Origin: Nageia nagi
Taxonomy: Eukaryota; Plantae; Pinophyta
Reading direction: 5' to 3'
Assembly (NCBI GenBank): GCA_050084985.1
Contig: JBITNC010000002.1
Location: forward strand, 12,524,001 to 12,588,000
Length of the DNA stretch: 64,000 bases
In this document: positions 39,101 to 52,599 of the stretch, one piece after another
How the letters are laid out: every line of letters starts with the position of its first letter
How positions within the stretch are numbered: the stretch's first letter is position 1
Position numbers and translations under genes: made by a program
The notes under the pieces: generated by a model
What the model was told of the DNA's origin: nothing
What the model saw: the letters and a program-made list of their open reading frames with translations, nothing else
Database searches by the model: none

Positions 39101-42100
39101 GAGCTAGCTTTATTTACTACAAAATAAGTCTAACTCCTTTGAGAGTTTTGTTATCTTTAAGTCTTTTGTTGAAAAATAATCCAACTATTTATCAAGAAGT
39201 TTAGAATTGATAGATGATAAGAATTCATTTCAAATGAATTTAATAACTTCTGCCATCAACATGGAATTGTTAGATAGTATACAACTACCTATACTCCATA
39301 ATAGAATGGAGTGGCTAAATGGAAAAGCCAGATAGTTATTGAGATGGCTAGATGCATGATAAAAGAAAAGGGCCATCCCACTAGTTTTTGGGGTGAAGTA
39401 GTGCATGTTACCATTTATATTTTAAATAGGTGTCCTAATCAAATTTTAAAGGACATCAACCCTTATGAAGCTTAGTTTGGTGTGCAATAAAACATTTCCC
39501 ATCTTCATATATTTGGCTCAACCTATTTTATGCATGTACCAAAAGAAAATAGGAAGAAACTTGATGAGAATTCTATAAAATGTATTTTAGTGGGATAATT
39601 TTAAGCATATAAGGCCTATAGATGTTATGATCCACTAATTGGTGAGATACACATTAGCAAAGATGTGAGTTTTGAATAAGGAGACATAATCAATCAAGAA
39701 AATAGTCCTAAAGTCACCACTACTAAGTTCTAATTTGATGAAGATGGTGAACCTTCTCACACTATTGCACCTCCTCCTCCTCAACCTTCATCATCACCTT
39801 CACCATTCACCAACTCACCATAGCAAGCACAACCAAATCAATCTTGTACTACTCATACTCTACTAGCCAAGAATAAGTGGACAAGTGACTACTATCATCC
39901 TCCATCATTGATGCTAGATAAAGAGCTCAATAAAAGATTGACCTGATCATAAATAATAGCTAGAAATAAAGAGGTAAATATCTCTTACTCATTAATAGAT
40001 TCATTTGTTGAGCCTTCCTCATATACTAAAGCTACTACTAATGAGGATTGGAAGAAATCCATGGAGTATGAGATTGAACAAATCCATAAGAATGACACTT
40101 GGGAGCTTGTACCTTCTGCCAAAGAGAAAAAGGTAATTGGTGTCAAGTGGATTTATAAATTAAAGAATAATCATGATAGAAGTATTGCAATGCATAAATC
40201 CCATCTAGTTGCTAAAGGATATGCTCAAAAGGAAGGGTTAGATTATGATGAGACTTTTGCATTGATGGCCAGGCTAGAGACTATGAGATCTTTGCTTGCA
40301 CTTTCCTCTCATTTTGGATTGATAATATATTAGATGGATGTTAAATGTACCTTCCTTAATGGATATTTAAAAGATATTTTTTTATGTTAATCATCTTGAA
40401 GGATTTATTATTCTTGATCAAGAAAACAAGGTATATAAACTTAAAAAGGCTCTTTATGCCTTAAATAAGCACCTTGGGCATGGTACACTTGAATTCATGG
40501 CTATCTTTAGAAAAATAGTTATCAAATATGCTTAGTGAAAAGCATACTATACAAAAAAGTTGAAGGTATCAACTTCTTTATTTTGTGCTTGTATATTGAT
40601 GACATCATTTTTACTAGCACCTCTCATACTATGATACACCAATTCAAGAATGCTATGAGTAGTGAATTTGAGATGAATGATATTGGAGAGATGAATTATT
40701 TTCTTCGAAAACAAGTCAAGAAATCTTCTAGTGGTATTTTTATCACTCAATCCAAATATGTTGAAGATCTACTAGCTTGCTTCAAGATGCAAAGATGCAA
40801 CATCAATTATACATTAGCCATTGTGGGAGCCAAGCTATTGAAGGAAGACTCTTCTACACATGTTGATGAAACTATGTACCAATACTTAATTAGTAGCCTT
40901 ATGTATCTCACATCTACCAGACTAGACATCATGTTTACTATTAGCAAAGTAGTCAAATTCATGCACTCACCACATCATACACATTGGATTATAGTAAAGT
41001 AGATCCTACGCTATGTGAGTGGCACACATCAATATGGGATTTGGTATAAATCCTTATATTAGATAATGATATAGGCCTATATAAATGTTGATTACATTAG
41101 ATGTCTTGATGACTAAAAAAGCACATCAGGTATGGATTCTTCTTTGGAGAATCTTTGGTTTCATGGAGTAGTAAGAAGCAATCCACTATTGCACTTTATT
41201 CAGCATAAGCTTAGTATCTTGCTACCTTTGCCACTTGCACACAAGCCATTTGGCTTTCCCATATATTTGAAGATTTGGGCATGGATATTGAGCTCCCCAT
41301 TTCAGTGGACTATTACAATCTCAGCATAATTTCCATGACTAAGAACCTTGTGTTTCATAGTAGGATAAAGCACATTGGTATATGCCATCACTTTATGAGA
41401 GATTTAGTTGAACATAGCTTTATTCAATTTCATCACTATCCTATTGATGCTCAAATTATAGACATATTTATAAATCCATTACCCAAGGATCATTTTTGCT
41501 ATCTTCAAAGCCAACTTTGAGTTTAGACCTTACACATTTAGGAGGTGAATGTTGGTAAATCTTGACTAGCTTAGGATATTGGTTGGAATCTATATATATT
41601 GTATATCTCTTTAACTTTATTTTTCTTTGTATTTGTGTTTTTTAGAAAATAGATAAAATGTCCTCATTTTATCATGGAGATTAAGGGGACAATTGAAAAT
41701 TTTAATCTCCAGTTCCTAGTTCTTAGGCATGATTTCATCTTGCACCAAGCATTTCCACTCTCCAAGCCTTCATTGATCTCTAGACTTATTTTAGGTCTTG
41801 ATTAAGCTTTAGGCATTTTCTCTTACTTTGGGTGTTTTTGATCTCCATTCCTATTATCTATATTAGCCTCTAATCACTAGGAATTATCACCATCTCTGGG
41901 ATTTGTATTAGCATGCAAGATCCACTTCAATCTTCAAGTGTTATCAAGCCCCACACTTTGGGATATGGTGATCGATAGAATTACTTCTTGGACTATATGA
42001 ATTATTCTTTGATTAAGTATTTTTTGGGCTATGATCATTTTTCTCTACATTGCACTTCTAAGACATCTTTTCTGGGTTCTATCTCTTTCATGTAGTAACA

Positions 42101-42721
42101 AACCCTAGGAACTATTTTTTCCTTTTGAGTTGCAGCTAGTGATAACACCCATCGATTTTGGTGAGTGATGTCTTTATTTTAGAGCCTAGATCCTGGGACT
42201 TATTGCACTACCATATCCTTCTTACACCAAAACTTGGATTTACACTACAAAAATATCTATATAAGGGATTGTTTTCCCGAGAATTAAATGCTCAACTATT
42301 GACACTAGTTTCTAAACATTATCATTAACATTTTTGTACAAAAATGGTTGATCTACATTTTGCTTCCATTTAATATGTTTTAGATATCATGAATACAAGG
42401 GCATGGGCTTCCTATACTTTCTATAGAAAGGATGAAAAAATATGTACATGGAGCCATGCTACATTTAATTGTATTTTGACCAAGTAGCATGTATGTAATA
42501 TTTTATTTTAGTATAAGTCTAGATGGTCTATCTATACGCTAGGGATGGAGAAGTGGATTAAAGAACTCTGTATGTTTTCTTGTTAGCTCTAAGAGAGCAT
42601 TGTAAAAATTTTACTTCTCTACAATATAAATAATATTTTGGTTTCCTATTTATTCCACCTATGGTTAACCTTGCCGTGCTTTGCCTATACACATTATTAT
42701 TATTTTTCTTCAAAATCTTCA
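36164..42721 (+). mobile_element. Decayed Ty1/copia LTR retrotransposon (element C)
   Basis: 5' LTR ends 37431, PBS TGGTATTAGAGC 37434. Gag/UBN2 37630-38142, integrase, RT (NDTWELVP, VKWIYK, LVAKGYAQ, LYIDD), RNase H (FHSRIKHI). PPT AGGAGGTGAA, 3' LTR 41550-42721. The 5' boundary is uncertain. Confidence 0.9.
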
Positions 42722-43029
42722 TTTTTCTCTTAAAAAAATCTTGAACTATTCTACCTTACAAAACATGAAACAAGATATATGAACTAACATTCATCAATAA
42801 CAATATTATATTCAAAATTTCAAAATAATTCTATATATAATAATTATTAAGAATAAATAAATTTAATTTACACATGATTAACAAGTGAATAACATAAATA
42901 TCATTAACATTATTAATATTTATATATAAGAAATAATATATCAATTAAAAACCATAAATAATATTTTTAAATAAATAAAAATAATTTTAGAGTATCTATA
43001 ATTTATCACTGTTTGTATATGTAATGGCG

Positions 43030-43290
43030 AGAACTATAATTACATAATATAAAGAAGAATAGGGATGAAAAATATATTATTGAAATTGAGATATACTTAC
43101 ATGAGGGAGGAGGAGATATATCGAAATTAATATATTTAAAAATAAAACCTAATTGTATGATATCATCCCTTACAATTTGTTTATGTTAGTGATAATGAAA
43201 TGATAAAAATACTTTTCAAAATAGTCGATTCCTAATTTCTTGGTAGTTGTAATGACATAATAAAAATATTTTTCCCATTTTGAATAGATA
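43030..43290 (+). repeat. Third, decayed copy of the MIR distal element region
   Basis: GGAGGAGGAGATATATCGAAATTAATATATTTAAAAATAAAACC...TAGTGATAATGAAATGATAAAAATACTTTT matches 1140-1200 and 22685-22865. Confidence 0.8.
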
Positions 43291-45713
43291 AATAATGCCC
43301 ATATTATCTTATAATTCATATTTGATAATACATTTTGAGGATATGAGTCTTTTATGATATTATTAAATATGTTATTTTTATTATAAATTTTTTATATGAA
43401 AAATCTATATCTTTTATTATTATTATTATTTTTTTGGTTTGTAAATTAAGTGACTTTTTTTTCTTGATATAGGGTAACCATTTACTTTAGGTTTTGAGTC
43501 AATGAGTGAAGGGTATCCATGTTATCAAAATCCATTTGAGGTATGATCCTTGCATCCTTTGCACCTTCTATAACTTGATATGATTTTAGATACCATGCAT
43601 GTGAGGGAGAGAGATTTAAACCTAGTGCCTCCCTTATTCTACTTGAGAGTTTTAACAACCTATTTATGTTTAATTATTTGCATAAAACCTATAAGAATAT
43701 ATGTTCACAATTGATTTATTATTAACAAAACATATTTTGAGTTATCCTTCATAAAGATTGATTTTAAAGTAAAGAGTCAAATATTTACTTATCACCTCTT
43801 TACTTTGAAGTTCACTTTCATCAAACTTGATAAAATTGCTTTATGTCTCTATGAATTTGACATCTTGTAAGCCTTATAAAAGATTTTTTTTAGGTTTAGA
43901 AATTAGAATTATATTGTACAAACCTATCATATATTTGATATTGTTTAATTATTCAATCATGTTGTATGAAGTTGGATCAAGTGGAAGCTTTTATTTCTCT
44001 TTGGTGATAGTATTTGTGATGATATTTCATCTCCCTCCTTTAATGTTAGTATCTATTTATTCATTTTTGAAAATGAAATTTCTTGATTGGTCTTCTTATT
44101 TTTACATATTTTTTGGGATCACATATTTATCTTAAGAAAGTACTTGTAGAATGGCCTCTTCTTTGATGATAAGAATAATAATATTATGAATTATTATCTT
44201 TTATTGTAGTATCATATTTTGCTCTCTTTTCTAATGGCTTCAATAGATTATTATTTTTAATTAGATTTATATGAATAACCCTTTGCAAAATTGGAAAAAT
44301 AAATTTTTAACCTTTTGATCCATTGATATTGGTAAAGTTGGAGTTTTTTTTTATATTAGAAGTTTTTTTATTATTTTTCTAAGTCTATCTTTCTCCACTT
44401 CATTTGGATTTGAGGAAACATCATACTTTATAACTCCTATTGCTATTAAAGTATTCTATTTTGCAATTATTTTTTAATCATTATCCCAAATTATTAATCT
44501 ATATAATTTATAGTATATGATTTCGAACTGGGCAATATTTCTTTCGTAAAATTATTATTGATGTAATCTTTATTATACTGGTATTTAATTTACATTCATA
44601 TCTTTTGAATTATGGAATGAATTTTTCAAACTACATATTAGATACTTGGACATGTTGATATGGATGAATAAATTCTTGAATACTTTCACACTATCATTAA
44701 AATAATGAGTAGTTCTATAGAGTAATCAAGGTAAATATTAAGACCCCTCCTCATAAATTTAATATTATAAAATATTTGTGAATCTACTAAAAACATAGTT
44801 ATAAATGAAAGTAAAATTAACAAAATTCTCTTTCAAAATATTGATAGATTTTTACATTAATTTGTAAAATAACATAAAAATAGTGAAAATGTTTAATAGG
44901 CTCAATATTTGATTTTATCTAATAGGGTTGATGCTAAAAGGATTACAACCAAGTCGATATGAAATTGATTATAGTAGAGATGACACCAAAAGGATTACAA
45001 TTAGAATGATACCAAAAAACATGCAAATAGTTTGATACCATTTCACTATGTAACTGGCTTTATATTGATACATATATCTAGACAAATAACAATTATGAGT
45101 GATGTTAGAATAATATTTGAATTGAATAGTTTTATTCAAATAGAAGTCTTAAATTGATCTTGGATTGAATATTATTGATTGTGGTGTTGAATTGACTATA
45201 GTCCTAGTTGGTATAGACCTATAGAAAACTATGAAATAGTAAAAATAGTGTTATACAAGTTGTAAAATCAAATTGGAATAAAATCAAAGAAGCCAAATAT
45301 GATATAAAATTGATAGTAGTTCTTGTTAGTATCAAAGCAAATTGTAGCGCATTATGGTATTACATAGATATTAGAATATAAATAGTACTAGATAGAAGAA
45401 GCTTGGAATTATATTAAACCATATACAATGAAAGTTTGTATAAAAATATTTTTAGCCCTTTATAGGATCGTATAAAGAGAAAATCTAGATTATAATTAAA
45501 ATAAGAAATTATTACAAATTAATAATATATGGTACATGGTATTAGAAAACAAAAGAAGGAAATGATACTAAATTATTTACAATACAAGTTGGTGCTAAAT
45601 TGATTATTGTTCCTTCAAATGCTAGATTGAGAGCACAACCATGATTACTATTTAATGGTTAAAAATAGCACTAGATCTAAAAAGGATCACAAACTTCTAG
45701 CTTCCTATGTAGT

Positions 45714-48700
45714 TGATCCAAAATTTGGATCCCTTCAACATTTAGTAATCTCCATTTCAGTGTGTTCAGTGTGATCATCTTATCTTTAGCTTTTCGATGC
45801 TTCTTTCAGATCGAGAATCCAAGTTCGTATGTGGAAGATACGGCAGTAAGTTAGTTTGTGTATTTTTGAAAAAAAAAATGATGGGACCCACCTGCCACTG
45901 TATATCCCACATAGGTGTGGTAGGGACCATGTTGGAGGTGATGAGGTAGGAGACCACTAGATAAGTTGCACGCATAGTGAAGACTACCTACCACATGAAG
46001 TCAAGCTACTAGTTTGATCACATGATCGTACCAAGCCACCACAAGACCGCCAACTTGACTATTTAAGCTACCCAGTTAGCCTAGCCATCGCTCAACAGAG
46101 TTTGACTTCATCCCAGAATGTGCCATGTGTCACCACCACAATGCACCCACCTAGTTTTGGATTTTTTTAATGTATTTTGGCATTTCTAAGTTTTTTTGGT
46201 GATTTTTGATTCACCTAAGGTCCTATTTTTGGGCTGATTAATCCTGTAAGCCTAAAAATAGTCCAGAGAGCATGTTTTTTAGTTTTAGAGCTCATTTTTG
46301 AGAGATTTTTGCAACCATTTGAGTCCAAATTTGATAGGAAGATCAAGGAGGTTAATGGGTATCTGAAAATGTATTTTTTATCCGATTTCCTAGTTATAAT
46401 TCTCTCCAATTTTAGCTCCAAATATTGTATAAAAGGGGAGCAAATTGTACAAGAAAAAAAAATAAGGATTTCAGGAAGTGTTTTTAGTTTTTATTATGAT
46501 TTTCAGAGCTATGAGTGTTTTGTGAATGTGAGAGGAGGTTTTGAAGGACCTTGGAGGCCTTGTAAAGTGATTACACCCATTGATAGTAGAGAGCTTTTGA
46601 GCTGGATGTAGCTAACACTGGGTGAACTAGGATAAATTTTGCTTGTCTCTTCTATGGTGAATGCTTTTGTCTTCTCTATTTTTACAATTTATTTCCTAAT
46701 TTTCCTTTACAAGCACTTAATTATTTTAAGTGTGAATTGATCCTAAGTAAAGGTTAAATTGAATATTGTAATCTTATAGTTTATGGATCAAGTTTGGTAT
46801 CAGTGCAAGTTGAAATCATTGGGATAACCTCTATTTGTGAGATTGTTATTGATGTTTGGAAAGTGTTTTTGCATGTATACCAGGTCACAAAGCAAGAAAG
46901 GAGAAGGAGAATTTGTGGAGGAGGATCCAGAAATTAGTTCTAGAGTTTGGCTAAATAACCAAAGAGAGCTTGGAGCCATGGCCAATGAAGGAGGGTCTAA
47001 TGTGGAGAAGCAAATTGCTGATCTTGCCATAATGTTTCAAAAAATGTCTCTACAATTCCAACATTTTCAAGAACAACAATACAAGAAAAATGAAGGTGAA
47101 ACTAGTGAATGTAATAAAATTGACAATGATATTACACATAGTGTTTTTCAAAGTTCTCCTTTGAAATTGGTAGTTAAATTTGATTTGCCTACTTTTATTG
47201 GAGAAGTGAATGCTAAAAAGTTAGACCAATGGATTAAACAAATTGAAGTATATTGTAGAATTCAAAGAATTGTAAGAGATGAGGATAAAATCCAATTAGC
47301 AACTCTTAAAATTAGTGGTAATGCACTTGTTTGGTGGGAAAGTTGTTTACAAAGTAAGAATGAATCTATTCAAGCCTGTATTGCTTCTTGGACCCATTTT
47401 GTACAATTACTTAGAAATTAGTTTTATCCTTTGGGTTATCAGCAAAAGGTAATCATGGAATGGCAAACTTTCCATCAAGGCAAAGGGCAAAGTGTGCAAG
47501 AGTACACTATGGAATTCCAAAGAAGAGCTATAATGCTAGGTATTCCTCTTGATTCCCAAGATACTCTTCTTAAGTATATTGGTGGTTTGCATAATTATTT
47601 AAGGCATACAATATTGATGTTTGATCCAAATGATTTGGATAAAGTATGTGTACAAGCAACTCACTTAGAAGAAAGGGGAAAATTTGTTAAGGATGGGAAA
47701 AAGAACAATGCTTCTAATAACAATAGTAATAATGATTCTGAAAGGAATAAAGGAAACTATGTCTATTACACAAAAAGAGAAGTCTAAAGATGTATGTGTA
47801 CATTGTCAAAAAGAAGGTCATTTAGAGGCTAAATGTTGGAAATTGCATCCTGAATTATGCCCTAAACCTAAAGGTCAAAAGAAACAAACAAATACTGTTA
47901 CTAAGGAAATTGAGGATGGTTCAGATGTAGATGATAAAATGGCATGTATGGTTTTGCATAATACACCTAATGAAGATGAGGAAAAGAAGAAAATTGAACT
48001 TTTTCACATCAAGGTGCAAGCTAAGAAGACTAGGATTGACACATTATTTGATTCTAGATCTCAAGCTAACTTAATTGTAGAAAAGTATGTCAAATCACTT
48101 GCACTCACTACTCAACCTCATCCAAACCCATATCCATTGGGATGGGTTGATAAAAATTCAAAGTTAAAGGTAACACAACAATGCAAGTTGCAATTTTGGA
48201 TTAACAGGGATTACATTGATGAAGTTTTACTTGATGTTGTTCCTTTGGATATTTGTGGGATTGTGCTTGGTAGTCCTTATCTATGGGAAAGAGATGCTTT
48301 ATTCTATAGAAAGGAAAATAAATATAGACTCATTAAATATGGAATGGAATACATGGTTAGTGCTCATCAAAGCAAGAAAAAGGATATTTCTTTGATTACT
48401 CTAGGACAAGCAATGAAACTAATCAATATAGGAAAAATGTTTATACTTGCAATGGTGAAATCTCAAGATGAAGTGGAAATCATAAAGGCAATTGAAGATT
48501 GTGAACCACAATTCAAAGAAGAAGTAAAAGAGGTAATTTCTAAATTTGAAGATTTATTTCAAGTACCTAAAGAACTTCCACCAAAAAGAGATATACAACA
48601 TGAGATTCAATTACATCCTGATGTTGCACTTCCTAATATTGGCTTATATAGACATTCTATTTTGGAAATTGAAGAAATTAAGAAACAAGTCAAGGAATTG

Positions 48701-51700
48701 TTAGATCAAGGAGTCATTAGACCTAGCACATCACCATGTGGATCTCCTATTGTTATAATTCCAAAGAAAGATGGAACTTGGCGTATGTGTGTTGATTACA
48801 GGGCACTAAATAAGATCATGGTTAAAAATCGATATCCTTTGCCATGTATTGATGATTTAATGGATAAATTACAAAAAGCTAGGCTTTTCACAAAATTAGA
48901 TCTAAGAAGTGGTTATCATCAAATACGAGTTAAAGAAGAGGATTTGTGGAAAATTGCTTTTAAAACTAGGAAAGGATTATTTGAATGGTTGGTTTTACCA
49001 TTTGGATTATGCAATGCTCTTGCTACTTTCATGCGTGTAATGAATGAGGTTTTAAGGCCTTTCATTGATGATTTTGTTATTGTGTACCTTGATGATATTC
49101 CCATTTATAGTGATAATTGGAAAGATCATGTGGTGCATATTCGTAAAGTGTTTGAAGCCTTAAGGGAAGCAAAACTGTATTTGAAAATGTCTAAGTGTGA
49201 GTTTGTCAAGAAGAGTTTAATCTATCTTGGCCACATTGTAGGTGAAGGTCAATTGAGGATAGATCCTGCAAAAATTGAGGCTGTGTTGAAATGGCCTACT
49301 CCCTCTAATGTGATAGAAACTAGGAGTTTTCTTGGGGTAGTATAGTATTTATGCAAGTTTATTGCTAACTTTTCTTACATGGCTTCTCCACTTTATGCTA
49401 TTATAGGAAAGAGTCATGGATTTCATTGGGGAGGGAAAGAATAACATGCTTTTGACTTGCTTAAAAAGAAAATTAGTAATGCTCCAATAATTGCTTTGCC
49501 TAATCTTCAAAAACCTTTTGAAATTGAAACTAATGCAAGTGACTATGCTATGGGTGCAATTTTATTGCAGGAAAAACATCCAGTTTGCTATCACTCGAAA
49601 ATGTTTACCAATGTGGTAAGAAACTATCCCACATATGATAAAGAGTTGTATGCATTAGTTCAAAGTGTTAAGAAATAGAAGCACTATTTGGTAGGTAAAG
49701 AGATAATAATTCATACAGACCATCAACCCTTGCAATATCTTCAATCACAATCTAAGTTGCAACAATGTAGGCACTTTTATTGGATGGGATTTTTGTAACA
49801 ATTTCATTTAGTGATTAAGTACAAGAAGGGTACTCAAAATAAAATTACTGATATGTTGTCTAGACCTCTAATAGTTGCTAGTGTTGTGATTCTACAAAAT
49901 AGTTCTTTAATGCATGATGGGTATAAACAATAATATGTGGTTGATCTTGATTTCCAAAATATCTATCATAGATTGAGTCTTGGTAATGAGGCTGGAAATT
50001 ATGACTTTAATTTGCATGATGGATTACTTCTTCATTTGGACAAACTTTGTATTCCTAATGGTGAGAGTAATGATTTGATTAGGAAAGCTCATAATTCTCA
50101 AATTTTAGGGCACTTTGGTGTTGGGAAAACTCTTGCTAATCTACAAAGGTATTGTTACTGGCCTAAAATGCAAGAAAATGTATCTAGGTATAAGGAGAAG
50201 CATGATCGTCATTAGGTAGATCATAAATTTTAAGTTGGGGATCAAGTATGGCTTCATCTTAGCAAGGAGAGATAGCATGGTAAGGGAAAGAAGTTGAAAC
50301 CCACAAGGTATGGACCATTTACCATTATTGGTCAAGTTGGAGACAATGCATTTTGGTTAGCCTTACCACCCTATATGTAAATGTATTCTATTATTAATGT
50401 TGAGAACTTGAAGTTGTATGAACCAACCTTAGTTGCAGAAGATACAGATGTTATGTTACCGTTAGTTGAGGATTTAGCCCCTGAGCACATGAATGTGTTG
50501 GTTGAGGATGCAGTATTGGAAAAGAAGCAATGATCATCTCATAGTGGCATACATGAAGTGTGGCGTATTGGAGTGAAGGGACAACAACCACACAAGGCCA
50601 AGTGGTATGTAGTTTATCGGGCGAGGGAGCTCTACCCTCACCTCATTCCATCATCCTAAATGCTTTTGGGGATAAAATCTCTCTCTCAGTGGGGAGGAAT
50701 GATCCAAAATTTGGAACCCTTCAACATTTACTAATCTCCATTTCAATGTGTTTAATGTGATCATCTTGTATTCAGCTTTTTGATGCTTCTTTTGGATTGA
50801 GAATTCGAGTATGTATGTGGAAGATATGGTAGTAAGTTAGTTTGTGTATTTTTGAAAAAAAAAATGGTAGGACCCGCATGCCATTGTGCAGCTCATGTAG
50901 GCATGGTAGGGACCACGTCAAAGGTGATGAGGTGGGAGACTGCTAGCTAAGTCATGTGCATAGTGAAGACTACCTACCACATGAAGCCAAGCTACCATGA
51001 GATTGCCAACCTGACCGTTTAAGCTACCTAGTCAGCAAGCCACCTAGTCAGCCTAGCCACTAGTCAACAGAGTTTGACTTCATCCCAAAATGTGCCATGT
51101 GTTGCCACCATAATGCACCCACTTAGTTTTGGATTTTTTTTAATGTATTTTGACATTTCTAAGGTTTTTTGGTGATTTTTGATTCACCTAAGGTCCTATT
51201 TTTGGGTTGATTAATCCTGTAAGCCTAAAAATAGTCCAGAGAGCATGTTTTTTAGTTTCAAAGCTCATTTTTGGGAGATTTTTGCAACCATTTGAGTCCA
51301 AATTTGATTGAAAGATCAAGGAGGTTAATGGGTATATGAAAATGTATATTTTACCCAATTTCCTAGTTGTAATTCTCTCCAATTTTAGCTCCAAAAATTG
51401 TATAAAAGGGGAGCAAATTGTACAGGAAAAAAAAAGAAGGATTTTGGGAAGTGTTTTCAGTTCTTGTTGTGATTTTCAAAGCTATGAGTGTGTTGTGAAT
51501 GTGAGAGGAGGTTTTGAAGGACCTTGGAGGCCTTGTAAAGTGATTCCACCCATTGATAGTAGAGAGCTTTTGAGCTGGATGTAGCCCACATTGGGTGAAC
51601 TAGGATAAATTTTGCTTATCTCTTCTGTGGTGAATGCTTTTCTCTTCTCTATGTTTATAATTTATTTCTTGATTTTCCTTTACAAGCACTTAATTATTTT

Positions 51701-51763
51701 AAGTGTGAATTGATCCTAAGTAAAGGTTAAATTGAAAATTGTAATCTTATAGTTTATGGATCA
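45714..51763 (+). mobile_element. Ty3/gypsy chromovirus (element D), least decayed in the window, integrase-core deleted
   Basis: LTRs 45714-46790 and 50700-51763 (TGATCCA...TGGATCA), perfect TSD GTAGT, PBS TGGTATCAG 46795, PPT AGTGGGGAGGAA. Confidence 0.97.
46873..50659 (+). pseudogene. Disrupted gag-pol of element D
   Basis: Gag, CVHCQKEGHLEAKC knuckle, protease (LFDSRS), RT (CVDYRALN, KLDLRSGYHQ, YLDD), RNase H, integrase N-terminus, GPF motif and chromodomain-like tail. Contains stops and a frameshift. Confidence 0.93.
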
Positions 51764-52599
51764 GTAGTGGTAATACTATATAGACACACGCATAACCATA
51801 AGTGGCTAAGCTGAGAAGATATTTTTATAAATTCAAGGTGAGAATCTACTAACCATGATTATGATTAAACACATTTCAATTATAAAAAGTGAAATTATTT
51901 ATATAAATATTATTTAACAAGCATATTATTTAACAAGCCATTTTGAAAATGAAAAATCTAAAATTTTAACAATCTCAAATTTATAATGAATATTATTTAC
52001 AAAACTAATCACTTGCATCACCTTTGATATTATAAAATAACTTTTTTTTATGAACTTACCTTCATTACCAAACTTACAAAATTTATTCCTCTCCATGGGA
52101 TGCAACCTATGGTCACCTTTTCTAATGAAAATATCAAATTTGGGATAATTATAGTCTAATGGGATGGTAAATTTAAGTTATATTCTTATAAAAAACTTGT
52201 TTTAAGATATAATGTTATTGAGAGGGAATGCTATTATTTACTCCTCATTTTCTACCTTAAAAAATAAGAAAAGAGATATGTGGGCTAATATTCAACAATA
52301 ATAATACAATATTGAAATCATAAAGATAATTCTAGATATTGAAATGATAAATTTATTTCATCCCATCCCTACAATATTAAGAAGTAGGTGAAAGTGATCG
52401 AGTGTTATGTAATAGTAGTAGGCAAGGAGGACTACAAAGTGTGAGCTCTATGTACCCGTAAATGCGAGAATGATTGCAAAGTGTGAACATTATGTAATCA
52501 TAGCATACAAATAGGATTGAAATTTATTTTTTGTAATTAGGTTAGGTAAGGCTTTTTGAAACTCATAAATGAATGAGTAGCTAAGATAGAAAAATAGAA

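Noticed and set aside
46215-46611. ORFs on both strands repeated at 51188-51584
   Set aside because: They lie inside the two LTRs of element D across its TATA box, so the repetition reflects LTR identity.
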